A stretch of DNA of 46,424 nt from a virus (taxonomy: Duplodnaviria; Caudoviricetes), in IMG/VR virus record IMGVR_UViG_3300037762_000087, positions 1 through 46,424 of that record; one strand, written 5' to 3'. The notes under the pieces are model-generated. The model was not told the origin of the DNA. It made no database searches and saw only the letters and a list, made by a program, of their open reading frames with translations. Each line of letters begins with the position of its first letter. Within the stretch, counting starts at the first letter, position 1. The position numbers were made by a program, and so were the translations under genes. Positions 25,516-33,948 of this stretch are shown here, piece after piece.

Positions 25516-28044
25516 ATGGATCTCTGGATGGATGTAGACGCGGCGCTTGCGGAAGTCCCCGTCAACCTGATGCCGCTTCTGGACGATAGCGACTTCAAGA
25601 CCCGCGAGACCGCCGTCGTGTTCAACCAGGCCGGGCTTGATCTCGTCTGGAACTTCGTCACCACGGCCGGGGTGATGACGCAGACGGCCGTCACGCCAAC
25701 CGACACGGCTGGCGATTACGACTGGGTGAATCAAGGCGACGGGATGTACTCCATCGAAATCCCGGCCTCGGGCGGTGCATCCATCAACAACGACACCGAG
25801 GGGTTCGGCTGGTTCACGGGATTCGCGACGGGCATCCTGCCGTGGCGTGGCCCCGTGATCGGGTTCCGGGCGGCGGCCTTGAACAACCTGCTCATCGACG
25901 ACGCCTTCAGTGCGACGCGAGGGCTGGCTGGCACGGCGCTCCCAGCCGCTGCGGCTGACGCGGCCGGCGGCTTGCCGATCTCGGATGCTGGCGGGCTGGA
26001 TCTGGACGGGCGGCTCGGCAGCGATATTCCCGCCATCCTCGTGGATACGAGCACGACGCTGCAAGGCGAACTCGACGGCATCCAAGCGGACACGGAGGAC
26101 ATTCAGGCCAGGCTCCCGGCTGCTCTGACGGGCGGCAAGATGGAAAGCAATGTCGGAGCGGTCACGGCCGGCGTCATTGCCGCCGCGTCATTCGCGGCAG
26201 GGGCCTTCGATGCGGTCTGGACCGTCGCGACGCGCATCCTCACGGCCGCCACGAACATCACCTCCACGGGTGGCACGACCGTGCCGCAGACCGGCGACAG
26301 CTTCGCGCGCCTCGGGGCGCCGGCTGGCGCCAGCGTCTCAGCCGACATTGGGGTCGTCGATGCGAATGTCGACACCCTCCTCGCGCGGATCACGTCCACG
26401 CTTTTCGCCGGTATCACGTCGCTGGCCGAATGGCTCGGGGCACTGGCGGGCAAGCAGACGGCTGATACCACGGCCCGCACGGAGATCCGGGCGACCGGTG
26501 CAGGAAGCGGCACGTTCGACGAGACGGCCGATTCGCAGGAAGCCATCCGGGACAATCAGCAGACGGCCGCCGCGGCCGCACTCACGGCCTACGATCCGCC
26601 GACGAAGGCGGAACTCGACGCCGCCGTGGCCCCGCTGGCGCTCGAAGCGACCGCGCAGGATGTGCTGACGGACACGGCCGAGATCGGGGCAGCCGGGGCC
26701 GGGCTCACCGAAGCCGGCGGCACCGGAGACCAGTTGACGGCCGTGCCGTGGAACGCCGCCTGGGACGCCGAAGTGCAGTCGGAAGTGCAGGACGGCATCG
26801 AAGTGAACCATCTGGACCACTTGCTGGCGGTCACCTACGACCCGGCCGCCAAGCCCGGCGTCGCTGACGCGCTCCTGAACGAGCTCGTGGAAAGCGACGC
26901 GGGAGTCTCGCGCTACACCGCCAACGCGCTGGAACAGGCCCCCAGCGGCTCCGCGCCAACCGCTGGGGAAGTGGCCGATGCGGTCTGGGATGAGACGCTG
27001 GCCGGCCATCTCGGCGTCGGCAGCACGGGTGAAGCCCTGAACGCGGCTGGGGCGGCCGGTGACCCCTGGGTGACGGCGTTGCCTGGCGCGTATGGCGCCG
27101 GGTCGGCTGGCAAGATCGTGGGCGACAACCTCAACGCCACGGTCAGCAGCCGCGCCACGCAAGCGACCGCTGATGACATCGAGGCTGATACGCAGGATGT
27201 GCAGGCCCGGCTTCCGGCCGCGCTCGTCGGCGGCAAGATGGAGAGCAACATCGGGTCGATCACGGCCGGCGTGATCGCCGCGGCCTCGTTCGCGGCTGGC
27301 GCCTTCGACGCCGTCTGGACCGTGGCGAGTCGCACCCTGACGAGCTTCGGCACGCTGACCACGGACACGGCCACGTCGGTCTGGGCGGCCGGCACGCGCA
27401 CGCTGACAGCCTTCGACGCGGCGTTCAAAACGGGGTATGCGCTGTCCTCGGCTGGGGTGCAGGCGATTTGGGATGCGCTGACGGCCGCGCTGACCGCCGT
27501 CGGCAGTGTCGGTAAACTGATTGTGGACGACCTGAACGCCACGGTTGGGTCGCGCGCCAGTCAGGCGAGCCTTGATGCGCTGAACGATCTCTCGACGGCC
27601 GACGTGAAGACACAAGCCGATCAGGCGCTCGTCGATGTTGGACTCACGACCACCATCACTGGGCGGATCGACGCGGCGATCACCAGTTGCGCCTCGGCTG
27701 TCGATCTCGCCACGGTGGACGGCATCGCCGATGCGATCAAGCTCGTCACTGACGCGCTGACCGAAGCCTCGGCGACCAAGCTGGCGGCAAGCGCGGGCGT
27801 CATTGTGCTCGGCACGGTGGACACGACCGGCTTCGCGCCGACCACGACCGAGTTCGAGGCTGACGACATCACTGAGGCGACGGCTGACCACTACATCGGG
27901 CGAGTGATCATCTTCCGCACAGGCGTGCTGACGTTCCAGGCGACGAAGATCACCGACTACGCGCTGAGCAGCGGGCGGGCACACTTCACCGTGGTGGCGT
28001 TGACGGAAGCGGCCGGCAATGACGATACCTTCGTGATCGTGTGA
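25516..28044 (+). CDS. Long Ala/Thr/Asp-rich tail fibre-like protein with internal repeats
   Basis: 842 aa; repeated ADAVWD/DAVWT..RTLT units; C-terminal EATADHYIGRVIIF.TG....QAT.ITDY...GNDDTFVIV. Confidence 0.65.
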   Translation: MDLWMDVDAALAEVPVNLMPLLDDSDFKTRETAVVFNQAGLDLVWNFVTTAGVMTQTAVTPTDTAGDYDWVNQGDGMYSIEIPASGGASINNDTEGFGWFTGFATGILPWRGPVIGFRAAALNNLLIDDAFSATRGLAGTALPAAAADAAGGLPISDAGGLDLDGRLGSDIPAILVDTSTTLQGELDGIQADTEDIQARLPAALTGGKMESNVGAVTAGVIAAASFAAGAFDAVWTVATRILTAATNITSTGGTTVPQTGDSFARLGAPAGASVSADIGVVDANVDTLLARITSTLFAGITSLAEWLGALAGKQTADTTARTEIRATGAGSGTFDETADSQEAIRDNQQTAAAAALTAYDPPTKAELDAAVAPLALEATAQDVLTDTAEIGAAGAGLTEAGGTGDQLTAVPWNAAWDAEVQSEVQDGIEVNHLDHLLAVTYDPAAKPGVADALLNELVESDAGVSRYTANALEQAPSGSAPTAGEVADAVWDETLAGHLGVGSTGEALNAAGAAGDPWVTALPGAYGAGSAGKIVGDNLNATVSSRATQATADDIEADTQDVQARLPAALVGGKMESNIGSITAGVIAAASFAAGAFDAVWTVASRTLTSFGTLTTDTATSVWAAGTRTLTAFDAAFKTGYALSSAGVQAIWDALTAALTAVGSVGKLIVDDLNATVGSRASQASLDALNDLSTADVKTQADQALVDVGLTTTITGRIDAAITSCASAVDLATVDGIADAIKLVTDALTEASATKLAASAGVIVLGTVDTTGFAPTTTEFEADDITEATADHYIGRVIIFRTGVLTFQATKITDYALSSGRAHFTVVALTEAAGNDDTFVIV
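26074..27341 (+). repeat. Intragenic duplication of about 56 codons (about 26074-26243 and 27175-27341)
   Basis: IQADTEDIQARLPAALTGGKMESNVGAVTAGVIAAASFAAGAFDAVWTVATRILT versus IEADTQDVQARLPAALVGGKMESNIGSITAGVIAAASFAAGAFDAVWTVASRTLT. Confidence 0.9.
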
Positions 28045-28045
28045 C

Positions 28046-28240
28046 ATGTCGGACCTGACTGGCGCGACGACGCAACTCCAGCCCGGCGGGTGGCCGGGGG
28101 CGATCTATGGGGACTTCAGCGGGAAGACACCGGCGGCGATCGTGGCGGCCGAAGCCATCACGATTGAGATCCCAGCCGTTGACCGGCTGATTGCGATCCC
28201 GGCGGTCGATCGGGTATTCGATATTCCCAGCGTGGAGTGA
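28046..28240 (+). CDS. Small hypothetical protein with a repeated IPAVDR motif
   Basis: Adjacent to the fibre gene; IPAVDR occurs twice, then IPSVE. Confidence 0.55.
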   Translation: MSDLTGATTQLQPGGWPGAIYGDFSGKTPAAIVAAEAITIEIPAVDRLIAIPAVDRVFDIPSVE

Positions 28241-28250
28241 AAGGGAGCCC

Positions 28251-28565
28251 ATGGCGATCAAGTGGAGTGAGCGAACGACCGTCAAGAAGGATCCCGACGC
28301 ACTACTGGTGTATGAGTTGGACTGGCGGGCGCTCGGATGGCTGGCGACCGGTGCGTCGATTGTCGATCATGAGGTGACGATCGATGGCCCCGACGCCGTG
28401 CTGACCTTCGACAACGACAGCATCGTCGATAGTGACACGGTGCAGTTTCGGCTCTTGGCCGGCACGCTGGGTGCGGACTACACGGTCACGGTCCACATCG
28501 TCACAGACGAGACACCGGCGCAGGAGGATGACCGGTCGATCCTGGTGCAGATTCGCGCGCACTAG
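28251..28565 (+). CDS. Fibre-tail adaptor-like protein
   Basis: Start ATG 28251 after AAGGGAG; KDPDA.L.Y.LDW...WL, L.AGT.G..Y.VT..I.T....EDDRSI. Confidence 0.65.
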   Translation: MAIKWSERTTVKKDPDALLVYELDWRALGWLATGASIVDHEVTIDGPDAVLTFDNDSIVDSDTVQFRLLAGTLGADYTVTVHIVTDETPAQEDDRSILVQIRAH

Positions 28566-28583
28566 CCACTGCCCGGCAGCGTC

Positions 28584-28916
28584 TTAGTTTGATTTGCAGA
28601 GCGTCAGCCCGCGTTGAATGAACGGCTGCACGTCCGCACCTGTCTTCCCTGGCTTTAGGATGGATCGATACGACGGATATCCGAACGATTGAGCAGACCC
28701 GTTCAGGCCGTACATGATGCCGTCCCCGGTGTCGAGGGTCACCAATAGCCGGCCAGATAGTCTACCCTCGCGGTCACACCTCAGCGTTCCGGCAGCGACC
28801 GTGAACGGCCACGCCTCGCCGTACTCGGCGCTCGTGACGTGGATGTTTTGGGTGTCACAGGCCCCAATAAGCAGGCCCAGCAGGACTATGGCCGTGGCTC
28901 TTTGATCGGCACGCAT
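28584..28916 (-). CDS. DUF2511/YebY-like lipoprotein
   Basis: Start 28916 after GGAGG; lipobox LIGAC; EYGEAWPFTV..GTL.C, YGLNG.A, I.RGL.LC. Confidence 0.75.
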   Translation of the reverse strand: MRADQRATAIVLLGLLIGACDTQNIHVTSAEYGEAWPFTVAAGTLRCDREGRLSGRLLVTLDTGDGIMYGLNGSAQSFGYPSYRSILKPGKTGADVQPFIQRGLTLCKSN

Positions 28917-28986
28917 TCGCGCCTCCGAGCTATGCTTCGTGAGCCGTTGCCGAGCAGGTAGGCCACTAGGGGGCCACCCTTCAAAT

Positions 28987-29160
28987 TCACGCTTCCTGGA
29001 GCTGCTGTTCGCGTTCGCGCCGCTTGCGGGCTTCGCGCTTGAGCGCCCGCGCACGCAGAATCTCAGAGCGCTCTTCCGGCGTGGTGTTGGCCCAGGCCAT
29101 CTTGCCGCCGTGCGATTGAATCTTCCTCAGCACCGCACGCTGAGCCTTCGTCAGCCTCAT
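28987..29160 (-). CDS. Small basic protein (GGK..A..TPEERSEI motif), possible nucleic-acid-binding regulator
   Basis: MRLTKAQRAVLRKIQSHGGKMAWANTTPEERSEILRARALKREARKRR; no SD sequence, and a -10-like TATCCT 7 nt before the ATG. Confidence 0.55.
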   Translation of the reverse strand: MRLTKAQRAVLRKIQSHGGKMAWANTTPEERSEILRARALKREARKRREREQQLQEA

Positions 29161-29167
29161 GTCGGAC

Positions 29168-29176
29168 AGGATAGCA
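29168..29176 (-). promoter_or_regulatory. Extended -10 element (TGCTATCCT) of a probable leaderless leftward promoter
   Basis: TGnTATCCT 7 nt upstream of ATG 29160; overlapped by the palindrome ATAGCAC-AGA-GTGCTAT (29171-29187). Confidence 0.5.
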
Positions 29177-29211
29177 CAGAGTGCTATTTGAGCGCTAACG
29201 ATACTTCGTGC

Positions 29212-29241
29212 TTGACAAGCACAGAGTAGGCTCTGTAAAGT
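29212..29241 (+). promoter_or_regulatory. Rightward sigma70-type promoter
   Basis: TTGACA, 18 nt, TAAAGT; spacer holds the inverted repeat ACAGAG-TAGG-CTCTGT; AGCACAGAGT occurs at both 29173 and 29218 (operator-like). Confidence 0.65.
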
Positions 29242-29296
29242 AGGCGCATTGCGGTTGGACGAGGCCGATACGAGTCGCAGACGCGCCCTTTCGGCA

Positions 29297-29324
29297 AGGT
29301 CCAATAATAGATGTTATGAACCTG
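29297..29324. other. dif-like (XerC/D-type) recombination site
   Basis: AGGTCCAATAA-TAGATG-TTATGAACCTG follows the 11-6-11 layout with the ATAA-N6-TTATG core of dif sites. Confidence 0.45.
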
Positions 29325-29358
29325 TAAGTGCTTTAGAATCAGTAACTTACAAGGTTCA
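29317..29358. promoter_or_regulatory. AT-rich imperfect palindrome containing an IHF consensus match
   Basis: TGAACCT-GTAAGT...ACTTAC-A-AGGTTCA; AATCAGTAACTTA (29337-29349) fits WATCARNNNNTTR. Confidence 0.5.
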
Positions 29359-29433
29359 ACGCAGTTTCGCCCGTCGCGGTCACGCGCTGTGACCGGCCGG
29401 GTCGTGAACTGGGGGGCAGCACGAGGACGCCAC

Positions 29434-29760
29434 ATGGTGCCGATTGGTTTACTCGTCGTCGCGCTTGGCCAGTCCGGGGCTGCGTTGCTCCGCGACGTGC
29501 GGGCTGCGCTCGACCACTCGCACATCCCGGTCACGACCGCCGCGCACGACATGGGCTGCCACTGGTCGCTCGTGGCGAAGGGGTTGGCGGGCGAGAAGCA
29601 CCTCTCGATCACGCGGCTGGCGGATCTGCCGCCGACGTTCTGGCAGTGGTTCGCGGTGCTGTTGGCGTCACGGCACGGGTTCCCGAAGGAACTGGAGATT
29701 CAGCCACGGATGGCCAAGGCGATGCTGCGGCTCAAGCTCGACGACCGGAGGCAAGCATGA
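29434..29760 (+). CDS. Cro/CII-like HTH regulator
   Basis: First gene after the rightward promoter; AA.DMG...S.V.K.LAGE.HLS..RL resembles an HTH. Confidence 0.55.
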   Translation: MVPIGLLVVALGQSGAALLRDVRAALDHSHIPVTTAAHDMGCHWSLVAKGLAGEKHLSITRLADLPPTFWQWFAVLLASRHGFPKELEIQPRMAKAMLRLKLDDRRQA

Positions 29761-29849
29761 CGCGCACGACCTTGGACCTTGCGGTGTTCGCGTACGTGGC
29801 GCTCAGCCTCGTCGGCTGGACGCTCCTGCGCGCGATCTTCTGGACGTGA
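29757..29849 (+). CDS. Small membrane peptide
   Basis: GGAGG RBS, ATGA overlap, one hydrophobic helix. Confidence 0.45.
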   Translation: MTRTTLDLAVFAYVALSLVGWTLLRAIFWT

Positions 29850-29964
29850 AGCGATGGCGATCTTGGATTCGCGGCGGCGGGGTTACGGGCGCGATGCGAA
29901 ATGGTGGGAGCCTCCGCAGGGCGCGCCACGTACCTCGTCGCCGCGAAGTTTTGAAAGCTGACTG

Positions 29965-30240
29965 ATGGGCAACGCACGAGCGCGCGGCTCCTACGCAGAA
30001 CGGAAGGCCGACGCGAAGGCAGCCGGTCGCACGGAGCGCGTGCAACCACGGAGCGACAGAGTCGCCAAGCGGTCCATCTTGTCGGACCTGTTCGGCTGGC
30101 ACCGCGCGAAAGGCACGGACGGGAAGGACCGCTTGTTCAAAACGAGAAGCCGCCCGGTGCAAGGCGCCGATGCGCGAGGGCGCGGCTACATCTTCGATGG
30201 CGTGTCGGTCCGACGCGCACGACAGACGGAGGACTCGTGA
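29965..30240 (+). CDS. Hypothetical basic protein
   Basis: ORF in the early operon; MGNA.ARGSY.ER start. Confidence 0.5.
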   Translation: MGNARARGSYAERKADAKAAGRTERVQPRSDRVAKRSILSDLFGWHRAKGTDGKDRLFKTRSRPVQGADARGRGYIFDGVSVRRARQTEDS

Positions 30241-30377
30241 TCAGGGCCGGCCGGGTGACCACCGCACGGACGTCTGCACGCAACCAGACCCGTGCCCTGC
30301 CGATGAGCAGGATGACCCCCGGCCGGCTCTTCTCTGAAGTGACCGATGGCACGGCAACAGGAAGAGGAGATTCGACA

Positions 30378-30656
30378 ATGGTGAGTTTCGATGTGAGCAA
30401 ACGCGACAGACATCTCATCTCGGACATCGTGGACAGAGCCATGGTCCTCGCCGAAAAGGCCGGCGCACCAAGGCACCGCATGACGCTGGAAATGGATATC
30501 ACTGCCGTTCATGCGAACGGTCGTCCGTTGCGGCTGGTGGAACTGGCGTCTGCAGATGACTTCAACTTGGCGCACGACGTGTTCGGAATCGAGAAGCACC
30601 TCGACCGCCAGACTGGCACGTTGGGTGGCTGCTTCGTGCCTCGCTTTTCGGTGTGA
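30378..30656 (+). CDS. Conserved phage hypothetical protein (DUF6874-like)
   Basis: GAGGAG RBS; MDITAVHANGRPLRL.EL..ADDFN.AHDVFGI.KHLDR.TG.L..CF.PRF. Confidence 0.7.
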   Translation: MVSFDVSKRDRHLISDIVDRAMVLAEKAGAPRHRMTLEMDITAVHANGRPLRLVELASADDFNLAHDVFGIEKHLDRQTGTLGGCFVPRFSV

Positions 30657-30665
30657 AAACGAAGA

Positions 30666-30688
30666 GGCCGCTGCGGTCAACAGCGGCC
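30666..30688. terminator. GC hairpin, probably a minus-strand or bidirectional terminator
   Basis: GGCCGCTG-cggtcaa-CAGCGGCC with an A-rich 5' flank (U-tract on the minus strand). Confidence 0.45.
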
Positions 30689-30706
30689 CCTGAAGGAGAG
30701 TACGAA

Positions 30707-31804
30707 GTGAACGAATCCATTGTAACGCAGTCCGTCAAGGCCATGTCCAGTCCTACACTCCGCGCCGACCAGGCCGAGCCGCTGACGTCGTTGGACGTCG
30801 AGCGAATGCGGGCAAGTCTGCACGGAACGTTCAACGGCGGACACCGCGATCCAGCGGCGATGGAGGCGTTCCATCACGGCATGGATACCGTGTGCAATGT
30901 GCTGGCAGCGCACCAGCGCGGCGAATCAACCAACGGGATTCCTGTGGCCTCAGCCACGCCCAGCCAGCCGCGCAGCCCGGCCGAAGCCCTGGCCGAGTCC
31001 TGCCGATCCTGGCTCCCCGGCCTGACGGCACAGGGCGACCGCCTCGCCGTGCCGCTCCTGGGGCCGTCGGGCACGCTGAGCGTGCAGGTGACGCTCATCC
31101 AGCCATCGCCGTGGACGTTCGTGACCAGTGACGCGACGATCATGGCGGCGTATCGGGCGCTGGGTGAGGACGCCGAGAGCATCGCAGGTTTCTCGCTAGA
31201 TTGTGAAGGCGACGAACTTCAGAGCGACGGGTTCGCCGTGCACACCTCCCACCTGCCAGCACTGTTCGCGTCCCTTCGTGACGGCTTGATCGCTCTGCTC
31301 TACGCGGCCGACATGCTGACGCCGGAGCCGGCGCCAGCCGCTGAGCCGTTCACTGAAATCGATCTGCAACTGAGCCAGATCGCAGAGACGGTCGCCCATG
31401 AGTTCTACAAGGTGCTGCACTACCTCTCAGGCGGCGCTGGCTATGGCGTGCCGTGGGAGAAGGTGCCGGCCGATCTGCGCCAGGAGTTGCGCGTGAAGGC
31501 TGAGCGCGCCGTCCGCACAGTGGACGCGATCCGCGAAGGCCACGCCCGGCGGCATGCACGGCTCTGGCTGCAGGCGTCTCTCCGCGAGACCTTCGAGCAG
31601 GTCTGGCAGGAACTCACCGACAGCCCGGCGGACAGGCCGCTGCAATACCTGCTGCGCGCGGCGCTGACCCGCGTCGAGAACCGGCTCGCTGCGGTCGATC
31701 CGGCCGAGCAGATGTTCAGCGTGTACGAGCGCGTGTTGCAGTTCGGGCCGGAGGCGGCGTGGGTGAAGCCGCTGCGGATTCGGCGCGAGAAAGGCGGCGC
31801 GTGA
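30707..31804 (+). CDS. Hypothetical protein
   Basis: GTG start after AAGGAG; long ORF with phage-like codon usage. Confidence 0.6.
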   Translation: MNESIVTQSVKAMSSPTLRADQAEPLTSLDVERMRASLHGTFNGGHRDPAAMEAFHHGMDTVCNVLAAHQRGESTNGIPVASATPSQPRSPAEALAESCRSWLPGLTAQGDRLAVPLLGPSGTLSVQVTLIQPSPWTFVTSDATIMAAYRALGEDAESIAGFSLDCEGDELQSDGFAVHTSHLPALFASLRDGLIALLYAADMLTPEPAPAAEPFTEIDLQLSQIAETVAHEFYKVLHYLSGGAGYGVPWEKVPADLRQELRVKAERAVRTVDAIREGHARRHARLWLQASLRETFEQVWQELTDSPADRPLQYLLRAALTRVENRLAAVDPAEQMFSVYERVLQFGPEAAWVKPLRIRREKGGA

Positions 31805-32039
31805 TGTTCAGCGTCAGACAGAAGCGTGAGATTGCCGACGCCGTGCAGAAGATCCTCCGCGACACGAATCATCCTGAGCTGCCGCGTGGAGAGATTGTAT
31901 TTCGCCTGCACGTGAAGGGCGCCGAATCGTGGAGCTGGGCAGACATCAGGAACAACGGCTCGGTTGGATTGCCTGCAGTAAATCCGTGGAACGAGAAGCA
32001 AGATCCGCAATCCACTAGCGAGAAAGGCGGCGCGTGATG
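31785..32039 (+). repeat. 22-bp exact direct repeat GCGAGAAAGGCGGCGCGTGATG (31785-31806; 32018-32039)
   Basis: Read directly; each copy contains RBS, stop and start. Confidence 0.9.
31804..32037 (+). CDS. Hypothetical protein flanked by 22-bp direct repeats
   Basis: MFSVRQKREIAD.VQ.ILR.T.HPELP...WADIRNN...NPWNE. Confidence 0.65.
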   Translation: MFSVRQKREIADAVQKILRDTNHPELPRGEIVFRLHVKGAESWSWADIRNNGSVGLPAVNPWNEKQDPQSTSEKGGA

Positions 32040-32810
32040 GCCCCCATCGTCAAGGAAGTCGCCTTGACCGAGCGCCGAGAAGACCAGGCGCTCACCCCGC
32101 AGGACCGGCTGGCCGTCACCGTCCAGGCGCTGGCCGAGAACCCGAACGTGGACGTGGATAAACTGGAGCGCATCATCGAACTCCAGCGGAAGATGCTGGC
32201 CGATCAGGCCAAGGCCGAGTTCAACGCGGCGTTCTCGCGGGCGCAGTCTGAAATGGAGCCGGTGAAGGCCGACGCGGAGAACCCGCAGACGCGAAGCCGG
32301 TACGCCTCCTACGATGCGCTGGACCGGGCGCTGCGCCCGATCTACACGCGGTACGGCTTCGCGCTGTCGTTCGGCACGGAGGACGGAGCACCGGCCGAGC
32401 AGGTGCGCGTCTGCTGCGACCTGACGCACGTCGGCGGCCACGCGAGTCATCGCCACCTGGACATGCCGGCCGACGGCAAGGGCGCCAAGGGCGGCGACGT
32501 GATGACGAAGACGCACGCCGTCGGCTCGGCGCTCTCCTACGGTCAGCGGTATCTGCTGAAGCTCGTCTGGAACATCGCCGTCACCGAGGACGATGACGGC
32601 AACGCCGCGGGAGGGCGTCCGACTCCGGCGCCGCCGCTCGGCTACGACGACTGGCTGACCGACCTCACGGCCACGGCTGACGAGGGCCTGCCGGCCCTGG
32701 AGGCGGCGTGGAAGGCGTCGAAGCCGCAGTACCGCGCCTACCGGACGCAGCACCAGAAGGCCGCCCACGAGGCGCTGAAGGCCAAAGCCCGGAAGGTGGA
32801 GGCGGCATGA
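32037..32810 (+). CDS. erf: ERF-family single-strand annealing protein
   Basis: VDKLER, A.AEFN.A, YAS.D, GFALSF, GSALSYGQRY.L..V.NIA..EDDDGN. Confidence 0.9.
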   Translation: MAPIVKEVALTERREDQALTPQDRLAVTVQALAENPNVDVDKLERIIELQRKMLADQAKAEFNAAFSRAQSEMEPVKADAENPQTRSRYASYDALDRALRPIYTRYGFALSFGTEDGAPAEQVRVCCDLTHVGGHASHRHLDMPADGKGAKGGDVMTKTHAVGSALSYGQRYLLKLVWNIAVTEDDDGNAAGGRPTPAPPLGYDDWLTDLTATADEGLPALEAAWKASKPQYRAYRTQHQKAAHEALKAKARKVEAA

Positions 32811-33463
32811 CGGCCGTCGTCGTTCATCACGTGGACCAGCGGACGCCGGAGTGGAAAATACTCCGGCTCGGGAAGCTGACTGGCTCACGGGCGGCCGACG
32901 CGACCGCGAAGATCAAGAGCGGAGCGGAAGCCGCCAGCGTGCGAAACCTCCGCGTCCAGCTCGTGCTCGAGCGCATCACGGGCCAGCCGCACGACCGCGA
33001 TCACAAGTCATGGGCGATGCAGCAGGGGATCGAGACGGAGGCCGACGCCTACGCGGCCTACGAAGCGCTCACCGGAACGCTCCTGCGCAGCGTCGGCTTC
33101 GTCGAGCGTGCGGATGCGCCGATGGGCTGTTCGCTTGATGGCGTCGTGGGCGACGCCGAACGTCCGACGGGCGTGATCGAGATCAAATGTCCGTACTCGG
33201 CCACGCACCTGGACTACCTCACGACGGGCAAAGTGCCCGGTGACTACCTGAAACAGATCGCGCACTCGCTCTACGTGACCGGCGCCGAGTGGTGCGACTG
33301 GCTGTCGTTCGATCCTGCCTTCCCGGCACCGCTCCAGGCGAAGCTCGTGCGGGTCCACCGGAAGGACGTGGACATCGATGGCTACGTCGCTGAGGCGCTG
33401 GCGTTTCTTCTGAGCGTCAGTCGGCGTGAGGGCGAAGTGCGCGCGATGCTGGAGCGTGCCTGA
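32807..33463 (+). CDS. YqaJ / lambda-exonuclease family protein
   Basis: QRTPEW..LRLGKLTGS, MQQG.E.E, GCSLDG, IEIKCP, Y.KQ, WCDWLSFDP. Confidence 0.92.
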   Translation: MTAVVVHHVDQRTPEWKILRLGKLTGSRAADATAKIKSGAEAASVRNLRVQLVLERITGQPHDRDHKSWAMQQGIETEADAYAAYEALTGTLLRSVGFVERADAPMGCSLDGVVGDAERPTGVIEIKCPYSATHLDYLTTGKVPGDYLKQIAHSLYVTGAEWCDWLSFDPAFPAPLQAKLVRVHRKDVDIDGYVAEALAFLLSVSRREGEVRAMLERA

Positions 33464-33948
33464 TGAGCCAAGACTCGGCCCTGTTCGTCGGCACGATCGA
33501 TGAGGACGGCGCGCTGTGCTTGGACTTCCCAGCCCAGCAACGCGCCTACTGCAAGCACAAGCTCGCCGGCCAGCCGGTCGATGTCTGGATTGCCCCGCAA
33601 GGGCTGCTCAAGACACGCCTGCAAGAGGCTGGCTTTCACGCCATGATTCAGCCCTGGGCGCGGCAAGAGGGCCATCGCATCGATGACCTCAAGCGCGACC
33701 TGCTCCGCGCCATCTTCGGTGAACGCGAGCACGTCAATCCGATCACGGGTGAAGTGCAGATGGTGCTGCGCGAGCCGCACACGTCCACGCTGAGCCGCGC
33801 CAAGTATAGCGAACTCATCGAGCGCACCCTGGAGATTGCGGCCGAGTGCGGGCATGTGCTGGAAGCGCCGAACGAGTATCGGGAGCGCAAGGCCCGCGAA
33901 GCCCGCGAGGCTGCACGAAAGGAGCCGGCATGCGCCGCAACCCAGTAA
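33463..33948 (+). CDS. NinB/Orf-like recombination accessory protein
   Basis: KT.LQ.A.FHAM, LK..L...FG, TS.LS...YSELIE; follows the recombinase pair. Confidence 0.55.
   Translation: MSQDSALFVGTIDEDGALCLDFPAQQRAYCKHKLAGQPVDVWIAPQGLLKTRLQEAGFHAMIQPWARQEGHRIDDLKRDLLRAIFGEREHVNPITGEVQMVLREPHTSTLSRAKYSELIERTLEIAAECGHVLEAPNEYRERKAREAREAARKEPACAATQ

Noticed and set aside
26074-27341. Diversity-generating retroelement template/variable repeat pair
   Set aside because: Both copies are in frame within one gene, the differences are not confined to adenines, and no reverse transcriptase is in the window
30296-30312. CCGATGAG as part of a hammerhead ribozyme core
   Set aside because: The core needs CUGANGA plus a correctly placed GAAA, and neither is present
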